A stretch of 56,327 bases of DNA from a virus. Its lineage: Duplodnaviria; Caudoviricetes. Position 1 is the stretch's first letter; each line of letters begins with the position of its first letter. A program made the position numbers and the translations under genes. Positions 38,808 to 46,750 of this stretch are shown here, piece after piece. The notes under the pieces were generated by a model that was not told the DNA's origin, ran no database searches, and saw only the letters and a list, made by a program, of their open reading frames with translations. The stretch is from the IMG/VR virus record IMGVR_UViG_3300022665_000963, positions 1 through 56,327 of that record. One strand, 5' to 3'.

Positions 38808-39096
38808 TGTTAGTGTTTATTTCCTCTTGAAATAGGGTTGCTAAGGCACGACCTCGACCCCGGAATAGGGCTTCGAGTTCACCCTGGGCTGCTTCATAGG
38901 TCGAGATTACCATGTCATCGGTCTTCTCGTAGGCCTTGTCGTGCCCACAGAACATGTTGATAACCAGTAGTTGGGCTGTGCTGATCTTACACTTTCCCAG
39001 CATAATACCGTTCTCGTGAACCGTATTCTCGATCCAGTTTTTCTTGAACTTTTCGAGCCCTGGTCCCTGGGCGATTCCTTTTATCTCAAATTTCAT
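38800..39096 (-). CDS. hypothetical protein
   Basis: 98-aa ORF with GGAG RBS; overlaps the next gene. Confidence 0.6.
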   Translation of the reverse strand: MKFEIKGIAQGPGLEKFKKNWIENTVHENGIMLGKCKISTAQLLVINMFCGHDKAYEKTDDMVISTYEAAQGELEALFRGRGRALATLFQEEINTNNG

Positions 39097-39142
39097 GTCT
39101 TCTTCTCCAATTTAAAGTGTTCAACATATAAACAGTTAGAGG

Positions 39143-39583
39143 TTAATCGTGGAGCCATCCTTCTAATTGGACGACCTCTATTCCCACGGTCTCTAGCATA
39201 ACGAGGGCCATGTCCATTTCCTGTACCCAATTACTATTCCTATCTATAGGAGGAGTAACCACTCGTTTTATTCCGTTCTGGATTAGGGCACCAGCGCACT
39301 GGGCGCAGGGAAATAGGGTCACATACATCGTCCAGCCGCGTACCTTACTGGGACAGTTGTCGATAGCATTCTGCTCGGCATGTATTATGATCCGGTTCTT
39401 GTCCTCCCTGCTCAGGTGCTCCAGCATGGTATCATCCAGTTTACTTGGAAGGCCATTGTACCCCCAGGACACGGAGCGTCGGTCCGGTGAGACGAGCAGG
39501 GCCCCGACCCTACGACGAGGGTCCTTGGACCATTCCTGCACGTCCTGGGCCATACTGAAGAACCGCTTATCCCACTTATTCAT
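39143..39583 (-). CDS. dCMP deaminase
   Basis: SKDP..RVGA, GYNG, HAEQNAI and PCAQC zinc motifs. Confidence 0.92.
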   Translation of the reverse strand: MNKWDKRFFSMAQDVQEWSKDPRRRVGALLVSPDRRSVSWGYNGLPSKLDDTMLEHLSREDKNRIIIHAEQNAIDNCPSKVRGWTMYVTLFPCAQCAGALIQNGIKRVVTPPIDRNSNWVQEMDMALVMLETVGIEVVQLEGWLHD

Positions 39584-40428
39584 AGTACGAGCTTCGGACA
39601 GGGGTTCCAGGAGTTATGGGCCACCCGGCCGGACAGTCTGGAGACTAGCGTCACATAGTCATCGGGCCTGTCGACTATCTCCTTGACGGACCAGCACGGT
39701 AGGTTGGGTTCCACGGCAGAAATCCAGGTGCTACGCTTCCCGATCAGGCAGTCCTCTATAGCCTGCTCATGGGGGTCATAGCTATGGGGATGTGCCAGGG
39801 TAAAGTGAAGCGTACCGGGGGTGCAGTTACAGCTGGCGGCCACCGCGTCGAGCGTCAGGGCATAGCCCATAACGTCGTAGGGCAGTCCCACGAAGACGTC
39901 GGAGGACCGTATGAACACTGAGCAGTGGATCTTACCCCCTATGCGGGAGAGGGTGAAGCCCACAGGGCAGGGGATATTCTTGGGCTGATTGGGCGCCCCC
40001 AGGCCATCTGTACGGGGGTCCCAGGCGGAGATGAACAACTGTCTGTTGGTTGGGTTGCCCGACAGCTCATATATAGCCATGGCCAGCTGATCCCTGCCGA
40101 AGTGCTTACGCCAGCGGTAACCGTAGGCCGTCTTGAGCTTGCCGTCCTCAACGAAGTCCTGCCATATCTTGTGAGCCTTCTTGAGTATCCAGTCAGGCGA
40201 CTGTGTGCCCATGAACTGCCAGGCGGTCTCGGCCGCAGCGACCCGGGGCCAGTAGCGCCTGTTTCCCGCGACTGGCAACCTACCGTTAGACAGGTCGAGC
40301 TTGAAGGAGTAAGCCCCCTCCAGGGCCCGGATATCGACGCCCGTCCGAGCATTCGTCTCGTCCCGGCCGTGGTGATACACCTCTGATAATAGACGCTTAT
40401 AGGCTTTAGCGAAGGTCTCGACTTTCAC
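39580..40428 (-). CDS. thymidylate synthase-family enzyme, probable dCMP (hydroxy)methylase
   Basis: AYGYRWR, catalytic PC, RSSDVFVGLPYD (Asp in place of ThyA Asn177), HSY; GTG start overlaps the upstream TGA. Confidence 0.85.
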   Translation of the reverse strand: MKVETFAKAYKRLLSEVYHHGRDETNARTGVDIRALEGAYSFKLDLSNGRLPVAGNRRYWPRVAAAETAWQFMGTQSPDWILKKAHKIWQDFVEDGKLKTAYGYRWRKHFGRDQLAMAIYELSGNPTNRQLFISAWDPRTDGLGAPNQPKNIPCPVGFTLSRIGGKIHCSVFIRSSDVFVGLPYDVMGYALTLDAVAASCNCTPGTLHFTLAHPHSYDPHEQAIEDCLIGKRSTWISAVEPNLPCWSVKEIVDRPDDYVTLVSRLSGRVAHNSWNPCPKLVL

Positions 40429-41462
40429 AGTAGATTCTCCATGAGTTGCTTGACGTTGAACTCCAGGTCCTCGAGCGTGCCGTTGTTGTCCAGCACGTAG
40501 TCCGCCATCCAGGGCTCGACAGTACAGGATTCCGAAGCCTCGCGAGGAACGAAGTCTGACCTGTCCACCCATATGATGGTGTCCACGATGCCCGCATTCT
40601 TGAGGGCGTTCAGTTCCGCCTTGCTTCGCAACCCACAGTAGACGTCGTGGTCCTTGAATATGGCGCGTCCCAGGGCCGTCGCGTCGGGCCGGTTGAGGGC
40701 CCTGATGGTATCGTACCACAGGGCCCGGTGGTTGTGGCGGTCCTGGAAGCACTCCGCGAAGTTGTTATACTTACCCTTCAACCCCGCCAGTTCTGGTGTG
40801 GTCTCGGCCTCTATGCCTGCAAAAATGACGTTCTCCGCGCAGAACAGACTGCTCGACGTGAAGCGTCTTCCGTACTGGTCTCGCAGCATCTCCGATACTG
40901 TATCCTTACCGTGCCTGCCGTGGCCGATCACCAGGATTTTACGGTCCCTCAGGGTCGTCCCTCGTAGTTCTTCAGGAATTATTATCCCGATATCAGTGAT
41001 AGGGACCTCCATGATGGGTATGGGATCGGATGCCGGTTCGGGTAACCGATGGGCGATTAGTATTTGTTCACGCGTGATTGTGAGGTAGGGCCCAAGGTCC
41101 GGGGGCGTCCAGCCCTCTGGCTTGACGGCGTCGAAGCCCAGTGAACCCGGGCGCTTGGATATGGCGCCCTGCCGCTTGGCCATGTTGGCACGGTGCACCT
41201 CCTCGAAGGCCGCGCCGGGTGTTATCCCCATCTCTATGAGGGTACCCATCGCCACGTATATCAGGTCCAGCAGACCGTCGGTCACCTGCTCCAGATTTAC
41301 ATTGCCTACACCTTTTTCGATTTCGTCCATTTCTTCACACAAATGGCGACGGCGAAAATAACATCTGTCGTGACTCAGTAGTGTTGGCTTGTCTGGGATG
41401 GGTAATCCGATTATGTCCCGGTTAAAGCGTAACACCATCTCATGCATTTTGTCTAAGGTCAT
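40425..41462 (-). CDS. MazG-like NTP pyrophosphohydrolase fused to a P-loop dNMP kinase
   Basis: EEMDE...DGLLDLIYV...EVHRANMAK followed by GHGRHGKDT...DNNGTLEDL. Confidence 0.85.
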   Translation of the reverse strand: MTLDKMHEMVLRFNRDIIGLPIPDKPTLLSHDRCYFRRRHLCEEMDEIEKGVGNVNLEQVTDGLLDLIYVAMGTLIEMGITPGAAFEEVHRANMAKRQGAISKRPGSLGFDAVKPEGWTPPDLGPYLTITREQILIAHRLPEPASDPIPIMEVPITDIGIIIPEELRGTTLRDRKILVIGHGRHGKDTVSEMLRDQYGRRFTSSSLFCAENVIFAGIEAETTPELAGLKGKYNNFAECFQDRHNHRALWYDTIRALNRPDATALGRAIFKDHDVYCGLRSKAELNALKNAGIVDTIIWVDRSDFVPREASESCTVEPWMADYVLDNNGTLEDLEFNVKQLMENLL

Positions 41463-41910
41463 CGCACTGTCTCCTATCAATATACCAATTCAGTTTGCCA
41501 TCATTGGGCTGTATGTCCAGCCGACCGTCCACGAATATCGCCCAACTATCTGCGGAGTATTTACCACACCCAGGCATCTTCAAGACGTCATCATAGCACT
41601 CTGGTTTTCCCTGTAACCAAGCACGGGCGAACTTTGGTAAAGTAATGGCCCTACGTCGCCACAGGCCCAGAGGCTTCAGTATTTCGTGCAGGGTCTCGGC
41701 CTCCGCCTCGGCCAGGGACTCGGGCGTTAGGTGCCTGGCCAGTATGTACTGGAAGGCCGGCTCGGCTTGACCTTCCCAGTTTGTAAGATTTACTAATTGA
41801 CACGCAACGAGCATCCAAAATGGATTATACTTAAGTCTTTCTTGAAACAATTGTCCTTTCTTCGGAACAGATAGCTTTGGCGAGTTTGATGACGTCTTCA
41901 ATCCAGCCAA
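41440..41910 (-). CDS. HhH-GPD DNA glycosylase, MBD4-like
   Basis: LKPLGL..RRA, HhH MPGCGKYSADSW.IF, QPNDGKLNWY (catalytic Asp position). Confidence 0.8.
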   Translation of the reverse strand: MAGLKTSSNSPKLSVPKKGQLFQERLKYNPFWMLVACQLVNLTNWEGQAEPAFQYILARHLTPESLAEAEAETLHEILKPLGLWRRRAITLPKFARAWLQGKPECYDDVLKMPGCGKYSADSWAIFVDGRLDIQPNDGKLNWYIDRRQCDDLRQNA

Positions 41911-42203
41911 CTATCGTCGTCGGCTACAACCTTAGGGGTCTCGTCGAACGGATCAGTACAGTTCCCAGGCAATTCTACCGTGGCGATATCGCCTACCAGT
42001 ACGTAGCCTATGCCGTGGTCCTTCTGTAGCATGTACAGGTAGGACAGGGCATTCGACCGCGTCATGGTGAACTCTGCCATCACCTCACGGATTGAGCGCG
42101 AGTTGTCGTTGTCCAGGAACCACTTCAGGAACTTACCCCTCTTACTCGAGACCTTGGGAACACACGTCCTTGCCACCCTTCTTGCGGTTGTCCTCGCCAC
42201 CAC
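41898..42203 (-). CDS. HTH-like protein, possibly the frameshifted C-terminal part of the upstream gene
   Basis: SIREVMAEFTMTRSNALSYL helix-turn-helix; no convincing own start. Confidence 0.55.
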   Translation of the reverse strand: MVARTTARRVARTCVPKVSSKRGKFLKWFLDNDNSRSIREVMAEFTMTRSNALSYLYMLQKDHGIGYVLVGDIATVELPGNCTDPFDETPKVVADDDSWLD

Positions 42204-42588
42204 CTGTCATGATCTGCTTGGGCACCTCGAGACCCAGACGCTTGAGTATGAGGGCGCACGTGTCGTAGTCCCTCTGCCACCCGAATTCCTGCATGGTCTT
42301 CCACTTGTCCTTGATCATGGTGTACAGGCGATCGAGGTCGAAGGCCTTGGGCTCGGAGGCCGTCGCTATCTCCAGGCAGGCATTGGATACCGTGTATGCG
42401 CTGAAAGTGTAGGGACAAAAGATTGTCGATCTCTTCTCGCCTGATAGTACGAGGGCGTGCTGCCAACCGGCACAGGGCGGATCAGAGACCCCGTTCATGT
42501 ACCTTGCGCCCTTGGGGGTCTTCCCCTTGACCCAGTATATGTGAAGCCAATCTAGTCCTTCAGCTATCTGCATGATCGACTCTCCCAT
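42142..42588 (-). CDS. hypothetical protein
   Basis: 148-aa ORF in a tightly packed operon. Confidence 0.65.
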   Translation of the reverse strand: MGESIMQIAEGLDWLHIYWVKGKTPKGARYMNGVSDPPCAGWQHALVLSGEKRSTIFCPYTFSAYTVSNACLEIATASEPKAFDLDRLYTMIKDKWKTMQEFGWQRDYDTCALILKRLGLEVPKQIMTGGGEDNRKKGGKDVCSQGLE

Positions 42589-42871
42589 GACTGTACTTGG
42601 CCAGTTGATCCGTTACCTTCTGAACGCCGAGGATGAAGGGATCTGTCACTGCAATGCTGAGATCAAGCCAAGGTATTACTTGGATGGCCTCATAAATAGG
42701 AACACTAGAACTCTTCATTAGATCGCAGGTAATACGGCCCCGAAGGAGTATACCATGGACATTTAATTCAAATGTGATATGCAGGTCACCAACTATCAGG
42801 GGCAATCGTTGGCCTGCCTCTCGGATGCGCTCATACGCGATCTGCTCAGGATTCTTATTGGTATCGCTCAT
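42560..42871 (-). CDS. hypothetical protein
   Basis: GGAG RBS; 103 aa. Confidence 0.6.
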   Translation of the reverse strand: MSDTNKNPEQIAYERIREAGQRLPLIVGDLHITFELNVHGILLRGRITCDLMKSSSVPIYEAIQVIPWLDLSIAVTDPFILGVQKVTDQLAKYSHGRVDHADS

Positions 42872-42899
42872 GTCACTGTCTCCATTCTGTCTAATAAAT

Positions 42900-42936
42900 A
42901 AAAAAAAAAAGGATCAAACTTTCATTCGATCCTTTC
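42900..42936 (-). terminator. intrinsic terminator
   Basis: AAAGGATC...GATCCTTT stem running into a long T-run on the minus strand. Confidence 0.75.
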
Positions 42937-42969
42937 ATTATATCGCAATGCGACTGGGAAGTATGCCCC

Positions 42970-43230
42970 TTATTCCAGGGGATCTTTTTCTTCAGTCTTG
43001 GCGGCCTTCTTCAGCTCGCGTGCCGTCGGCACCTCTTCGCCGTCACTGCGGAGTTTGTTACGGTACCAGTTGATTGAGGCCAGGCTGGTCTTCGCTTCAG
43101 GGAATTCAGCCTTGACGATCGTCAGGGTCTCTTCGTTGGTCTTCCCGGCGCGGATGGCCTCCAGCGCAGCAGTGCCCACCCCCCGCTTGGAGGCCTTGGC
43201 TTCTTTCTTATCCGTCTTGTCATTACTCAT
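42970..43230 (-). CDS. small basic putative DNA-binding protein
   Basis: KAEFPEAKTSLASINWYRNKLR; GGAG RBS; followed by a terminator. Confidence 0.7.
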   Translation of the reverse strand: MSNDKTDKKEAKASKRGVGTAALEAIRAGKTNEETLTIVKAEFPEAKTSLASINWYRNKLRSDGEEVPTARELKKAAKTEEKDPLE

Positions 43231-43319
43231 TTCGTCTATCTCCATGTTAAGAGTATTTAAGGCTGTGAGCCCTTTAGGACTTTGTCAGTATGTAGTAGGT
43301 ATGGCGCTGACGTCAGCCA

Positions 43320-43667
43320 TCATTTCCGGTTTATGTCAACTTTGTAAGCGTCGTACCGCTCTTCCATCCTGTCAAACTTGAGTAAACTGATGACTCCCCC
43401 CGTCTTGCTTGCAGCTATCATCACGGTCGTAGCGATGGCTACCGGGTCCCCTATTGCCAGGATGTGGTCGTCGGGTCCGAAGTCTGTCAGTTCTTTGTGG
43501 AGGTGGTGTATGGCTCCCGCCAACTTGTCCCGGTATATGTTACCAGGGCGCAGCAGGAAGACCAGATTACCGTGTTCCGTGGCGGGGGTGAGGTCGTACT
43601 TGTTGACCCAGCCTCTCCTCACTCGGTCAAAGTATGCTGGTCTCTGGACTACAAATACTCGTCCCAT
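43320..43667 (-). CDS. hypothetical protein
   Basis: 115-aa ORF following the endonuclease/helicase. Confidence 0.65.
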   Translation of the reverse strand: MGRVFVVQRPAYFDRVRRGWVNKYDLTPATEHGNLVFLLRPGNIYRDKLAGAIHHLHKELTDFGPDDHILAIGDPVAIATTVMIAASKTGGVISLLKFDRMEERYDAYKVDINRK

Positions 43668-44101
43668 TAGTTTGTCCTCTTCATAAATTGGGAAACTATT
43701 TCATCAGACCACCTATTCTTACAGAGATTATATATAAGGCAAACAACTTGTATATTACTAGGTATATATCCTTTTGAAGAGTCGATGCGGTCTATCGAGG
43801 GAAGCCAAGGATTCCAATCGGACCCAGTCCATTCCCAACTTAGAATATGTCCACTACGTATACATATCATTGGCTTAAGAAGTTCCCGTAGAGTATCAAG
43901 ATTGAGGGTAAAAGCATGATTCCGTTGTTTTGCTTTGGCCTTAGCGGCCACGTATAAAGCTCGTACTGGATCAGCTTGTTGGTATTTTCTAGTTGCAGTT
44001 AAAGCAGCCTCCGGATTTCGTTCGCGATATCTCTTAGTCGCTGCTGCAGCAGCCTCTGGATTTCGTTTACGCCAAGTTTTTGCTTGCTCTGCAGTGGTCA
44101 T
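43667..44101 (-). mobile_element. free-standing HNH-like (homing) endonuclease
   Basis: CIRSG...PSIDRIDSSKGYIPSNIQVVCLIYNLCKN; AT-rich; paralogue of 18009..18500. Confidence 0.75.
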
Positions 44102-45612
44102 AGCTTCATTCTCCTTAGGGCGTCCTTCATCCCCTGTCCAGCCAGTGCCTCGGCCACGGACCTCTTGTCAAGGACATTCTTCAGTATGTACTCATCTACT
44201 CCCGGTGCGACCAGGTCGACCAGGGGTATGTTCTTACCGCCTATGGCGGTGGCCCTCTCGTCAGCCTGCTCCCGCTTGATGGCGTCGAAGGTGTGGGAGT
44301 ACCACACGATCTCCGCTGCCGCAGATAGGTCGATGCCCGCCGTCGGATAACCGACCAGGGCCTTCACGTCGTTCTCGGCTCCAGGGGCAAATATCTCACG
44401 AGCCCTGGCCTTCTCGGTATCAGATATCCGACCATGGTACTGGACAATCTTGTGTCCGTCAGCCATTAGTCTGCTGGCCACGCGGTCCATGTCCTCCCTG
44501 AACTGGCACCACACTATGATCTTACCCGGGCAGAGGTACACCTCGTCGGACATGGCCTCCAGCCTCGGATTGATACCAGGCACGTCGTGGACGTCCCCGA
44601 ACTCGTCTATCAGGAAGCCACTCACGATCTGTTGCAGCTTGATTAGCTTGGAGGTGTTCTCTCCGACTGACACGTTCTCGCCATTCAGCTCCACGGTAAA
44701 TCGTTCGTGTAGCTCTCGATACAGTCTCAGTTGTTCGTCACTTAGCTTTATGCTCCGTGAGCTCCGTATCACGTCCGGCAGGTCGTAACAGTCACCTCTC
44801 AGCACGACGCTCGACCACGGAGCCATGCGCTCCTGGAGCTCATCCAGATTCCTGTACCTGTCGAGTACTGGGTAGCTCTTGCCCTTCCGGTTCTTCCTCG
44901 TCACGTACTCCGCATAACGGTCCTTGAAGTCACCGTACTTGCGAAAGCCGAGGGCCTCCGGCTCGAGCAGCTCGTACTGACTGAAGGCGTGCAGGGGGCT
45001 GTTCGTCACGACGGTGCCAGTGAGTATGCGCTTGAAGGGGCATCTCTTCGACAGGGCCCTCGCCATCTTGGTCCGCTTGCTACCGGGACTCCTGAAGTCC
45101 TGGCTCTCATCAAATACTATGAGGCAGCGTCTCCTCCTGACGATGCGGGCCAGCAGTTTTCGCACGTCGTCCCTCGTCATGCTCTCTGAGTTGAAGGCGA
45201 ACCAGGCCAGTCGTTTGCCCTTCATGAGACGCACCGACCTATCCCACCAGGCGTCGTGTTGCTCCTGCCAGCCCTTACGTTGGTCCTTGGGCACCGCGTT
45301 TATGCCCACGGTGCCACAGGCCGAGGTCCTCCAGGTGAGGGTATCTCTCTGCACGGTGTCCCAGTGGTGTATCGGCAGCTCGCGACGTATCCAGTTCTCG
45401 TGTACTCCGTTGGGAGCCAGTACTATGACCGCATCGATCTTGCCTTTCTTGTAAAGGGCACAGGCGGAGTCTATGACAACCTTCGTCTTGCCTGTCCTCA
45501 TGGTCCATAGCAAAGCACGGACCTGGTCGAGTCCGTGCTGTTCAAATTCCTTCAACTGATGGGAGTATGGTACAGTCTTAAAATCTGCTTCTATTAGTTC
45601 TGCAGTGTACAT
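44098..45612 (-). CDS. SNF2-like superfamily 2 helicase
   Basis: MRTGKT, VFDESQ, LTGT, KLQQI and QADERA motifs. Confidence 0.92.
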   Translation of the reverse strand: MYTAELIEADFKTVPYSHQLKEFEQHGLDQVRALLWTMRTGKTKVVIDSACALYKKGKIDAVIVLAPNGVHENWIRRELPIHHWDTVQRDTLTWRTSACGTVGINAVPKDQRKGWQEQHDAWWDRSVRLMKGKRLAWFAFNSESMTRDDVRKLLARIVRRRRCLIVFDESQDFRSPGSKRTKMARALSKRCPFKRILTGTVVTNSPLHAFSQYELLEPEALGFRKYGDFKDRYAEYVTRKNRKGKSYPVLDRYRNLDELQERMAPWSSVVLRGDCYDLPDVIRSSRSIKLSDEQLRLYRELHERFTVELNGENVSVGENTSKLIKLQQIVSGFLIDEFGDVHDVPGINPRLEAMSDEVYLCPGKIIVWCQFREDMDRVASRLMADGHKIVQYHGRISDTEKARAREIFAPGAENDVKALVGYPTAGIDLSAAAEIVWYSHTFDAIKREQADERATAIGGKNIPLVDLVAPGVDEYILKNVLDKRSVAEALAGQGMKDALRRMKL

Positions 45613-45624
45613 AACACCTTTTTA

Positions 45625-46230
45625 TTATGAGAGCATCTTGGCTTGTGAGAGCATCTTGGCTATGAGACGCCTGTGACGCTTGAGCCATGCCCGCTCCATC
45701 AGCCAGAAGAATCGGCCTCTGATCGGCATGAACTTGACCCCCAGTGGTTCCATGTCGTCGGTACCCCACCTGTTGTCTGAGGGGTTCATCACGGTGGCCC
45801 TCTCGTCCACCAGGATGCGGGTGTCCGCCTCCTTGAGCCAGCCTGGGAAGGGCCATATGGTACCGAACCGCCGGGCTATGACCTGGTCTATCCCTTCCTC
45901 GATCACCTTGAACTGTGGCACCTTGTCCTTTACTGGCCGTATCATGTCACCGATGGCATACTCGGCATCATCATGATGCAGGGCTGTCAGGCCGTCCCGG
46001 GGCGTGGCCCACGGTTGCTCCATCACCCAGTCTGACATTATGCACGTGTGCTCGCAGACGGAGTACCAGCGCTTGGTGTGTCCGTTGTACCGGCACTGTC
46101 TCGCGAGGGAGTACGCGACGTCCTCGGGCTCTATCATGTCGACCGTGGGATTTTCGAAGAAGAACTTCTTGCCACTCACGATCTCGAACCAGCCGTCTTC
46201 GACTTGATATAAGGGAGTTTTCTTGGTCAT
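45625..46230 (-). CDS. HD-domain 5'-deoxynucleotidase (YfbR-like)
   Basis: CRYNGH, YSVCEH, HHDDAEY and GDMIRPVK motifs. Confidence 0.85.
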   Translation of the reverse strand: MTKKTPLYQVEDGWFEIVSGKKFFFENPTVDMIEPEDVAYSLARQCRYNGHTKRWYSVCEHTCIMSDWVMEQPWATPRDGLTALHHDDAEYAIGDMIRPVKDKVPQFKVIEEGIDQVIARRFGTIWPFPGWLKEADTRILVDERATVMNPSDNRWGTDDMEPLGVKFMPIRGRFFWLMERAWLKRHRRLIAKMLSQAKMLS

Positions 46231-46308
46231 TTGTCTGTCTTCCTAAGTTGTTAGTCAGGGGCTCTCGTCGCACCAGTGCCCACTGGGACTGGCTTTGATA
46301 TAGGGCCC

Positions 46309-46680
46309 TTAGAGGGCAACCTTGCGACCGGGGTCTTCCAGGCCTCGGGATTTCAGTATTCTGTTGAAGCCCTCTGGGTCGGCCTTATGGAAGGCAGCCA
46401 TGGCCAGGGCGATGTGGTGCGGGGCTCCCGTGCCCGGGAACTTCCCGCTGCGCATCCAGCGTTTTGCTCGTATGACGGCAAGGTCGAGGACCCGGCCCTC
46501 GTACACGTGATCCACGCACACGGTCTCCTGTATCTGGCGTCCCGATCTGTCCTTGAGCGGTAGGATTTTCACGTCGTCCGGTAGGGGGTTCCCCGCCATG
46601 GCGAAGTTCGCCCGTGTTTCCTGGGTGACGGTCTGCACTGAGTTACGGCGCAGGGTATCGTCTGTTATCACGACTTTCAT
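46309..46680 (-). CDS. hypothetical protein
   Basis: ATG 46680 (MKVVITDD...) within ORF 46309..46725. Confidence 0.6.
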   Translation of the reverse strand: MKVVITDDTLRRNSVQTVTQETRANFAMAGNPLPDDVKILPLKDRSGRQIQETVCVDHVYEGRVLDLAVIRAKRWMRSGKFPGTGAPHHIALAMAAFHKADPEGFNRILKSRGLEDPGRKVAL

Positions 46681-46750
46681 GTCTGTTCTTCTGTTGGCTG
46701 ATTGTTGATAAGGGTAAAATAGCATTATTCCCCCGAATATTATCCCATCA

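Noticed and set aside
40429-40752. N-terminal extension of the 390-aa TS ORF in the track
   Set aside because: It overlaps the kinase domain in another frame; the TS-like sequence begins at GTG 40428, which overlaps the upstream stop.
39580-41462. YuA/M6-type thymidine hypermodification (5-hmdU) pathway
   Set aside because: The TS homologue has the dCMP-type Asp, and no 5-hmdU DNA kinase or amino-acid transferase genes were recognised; not fully excluded because the genome is incomplete.
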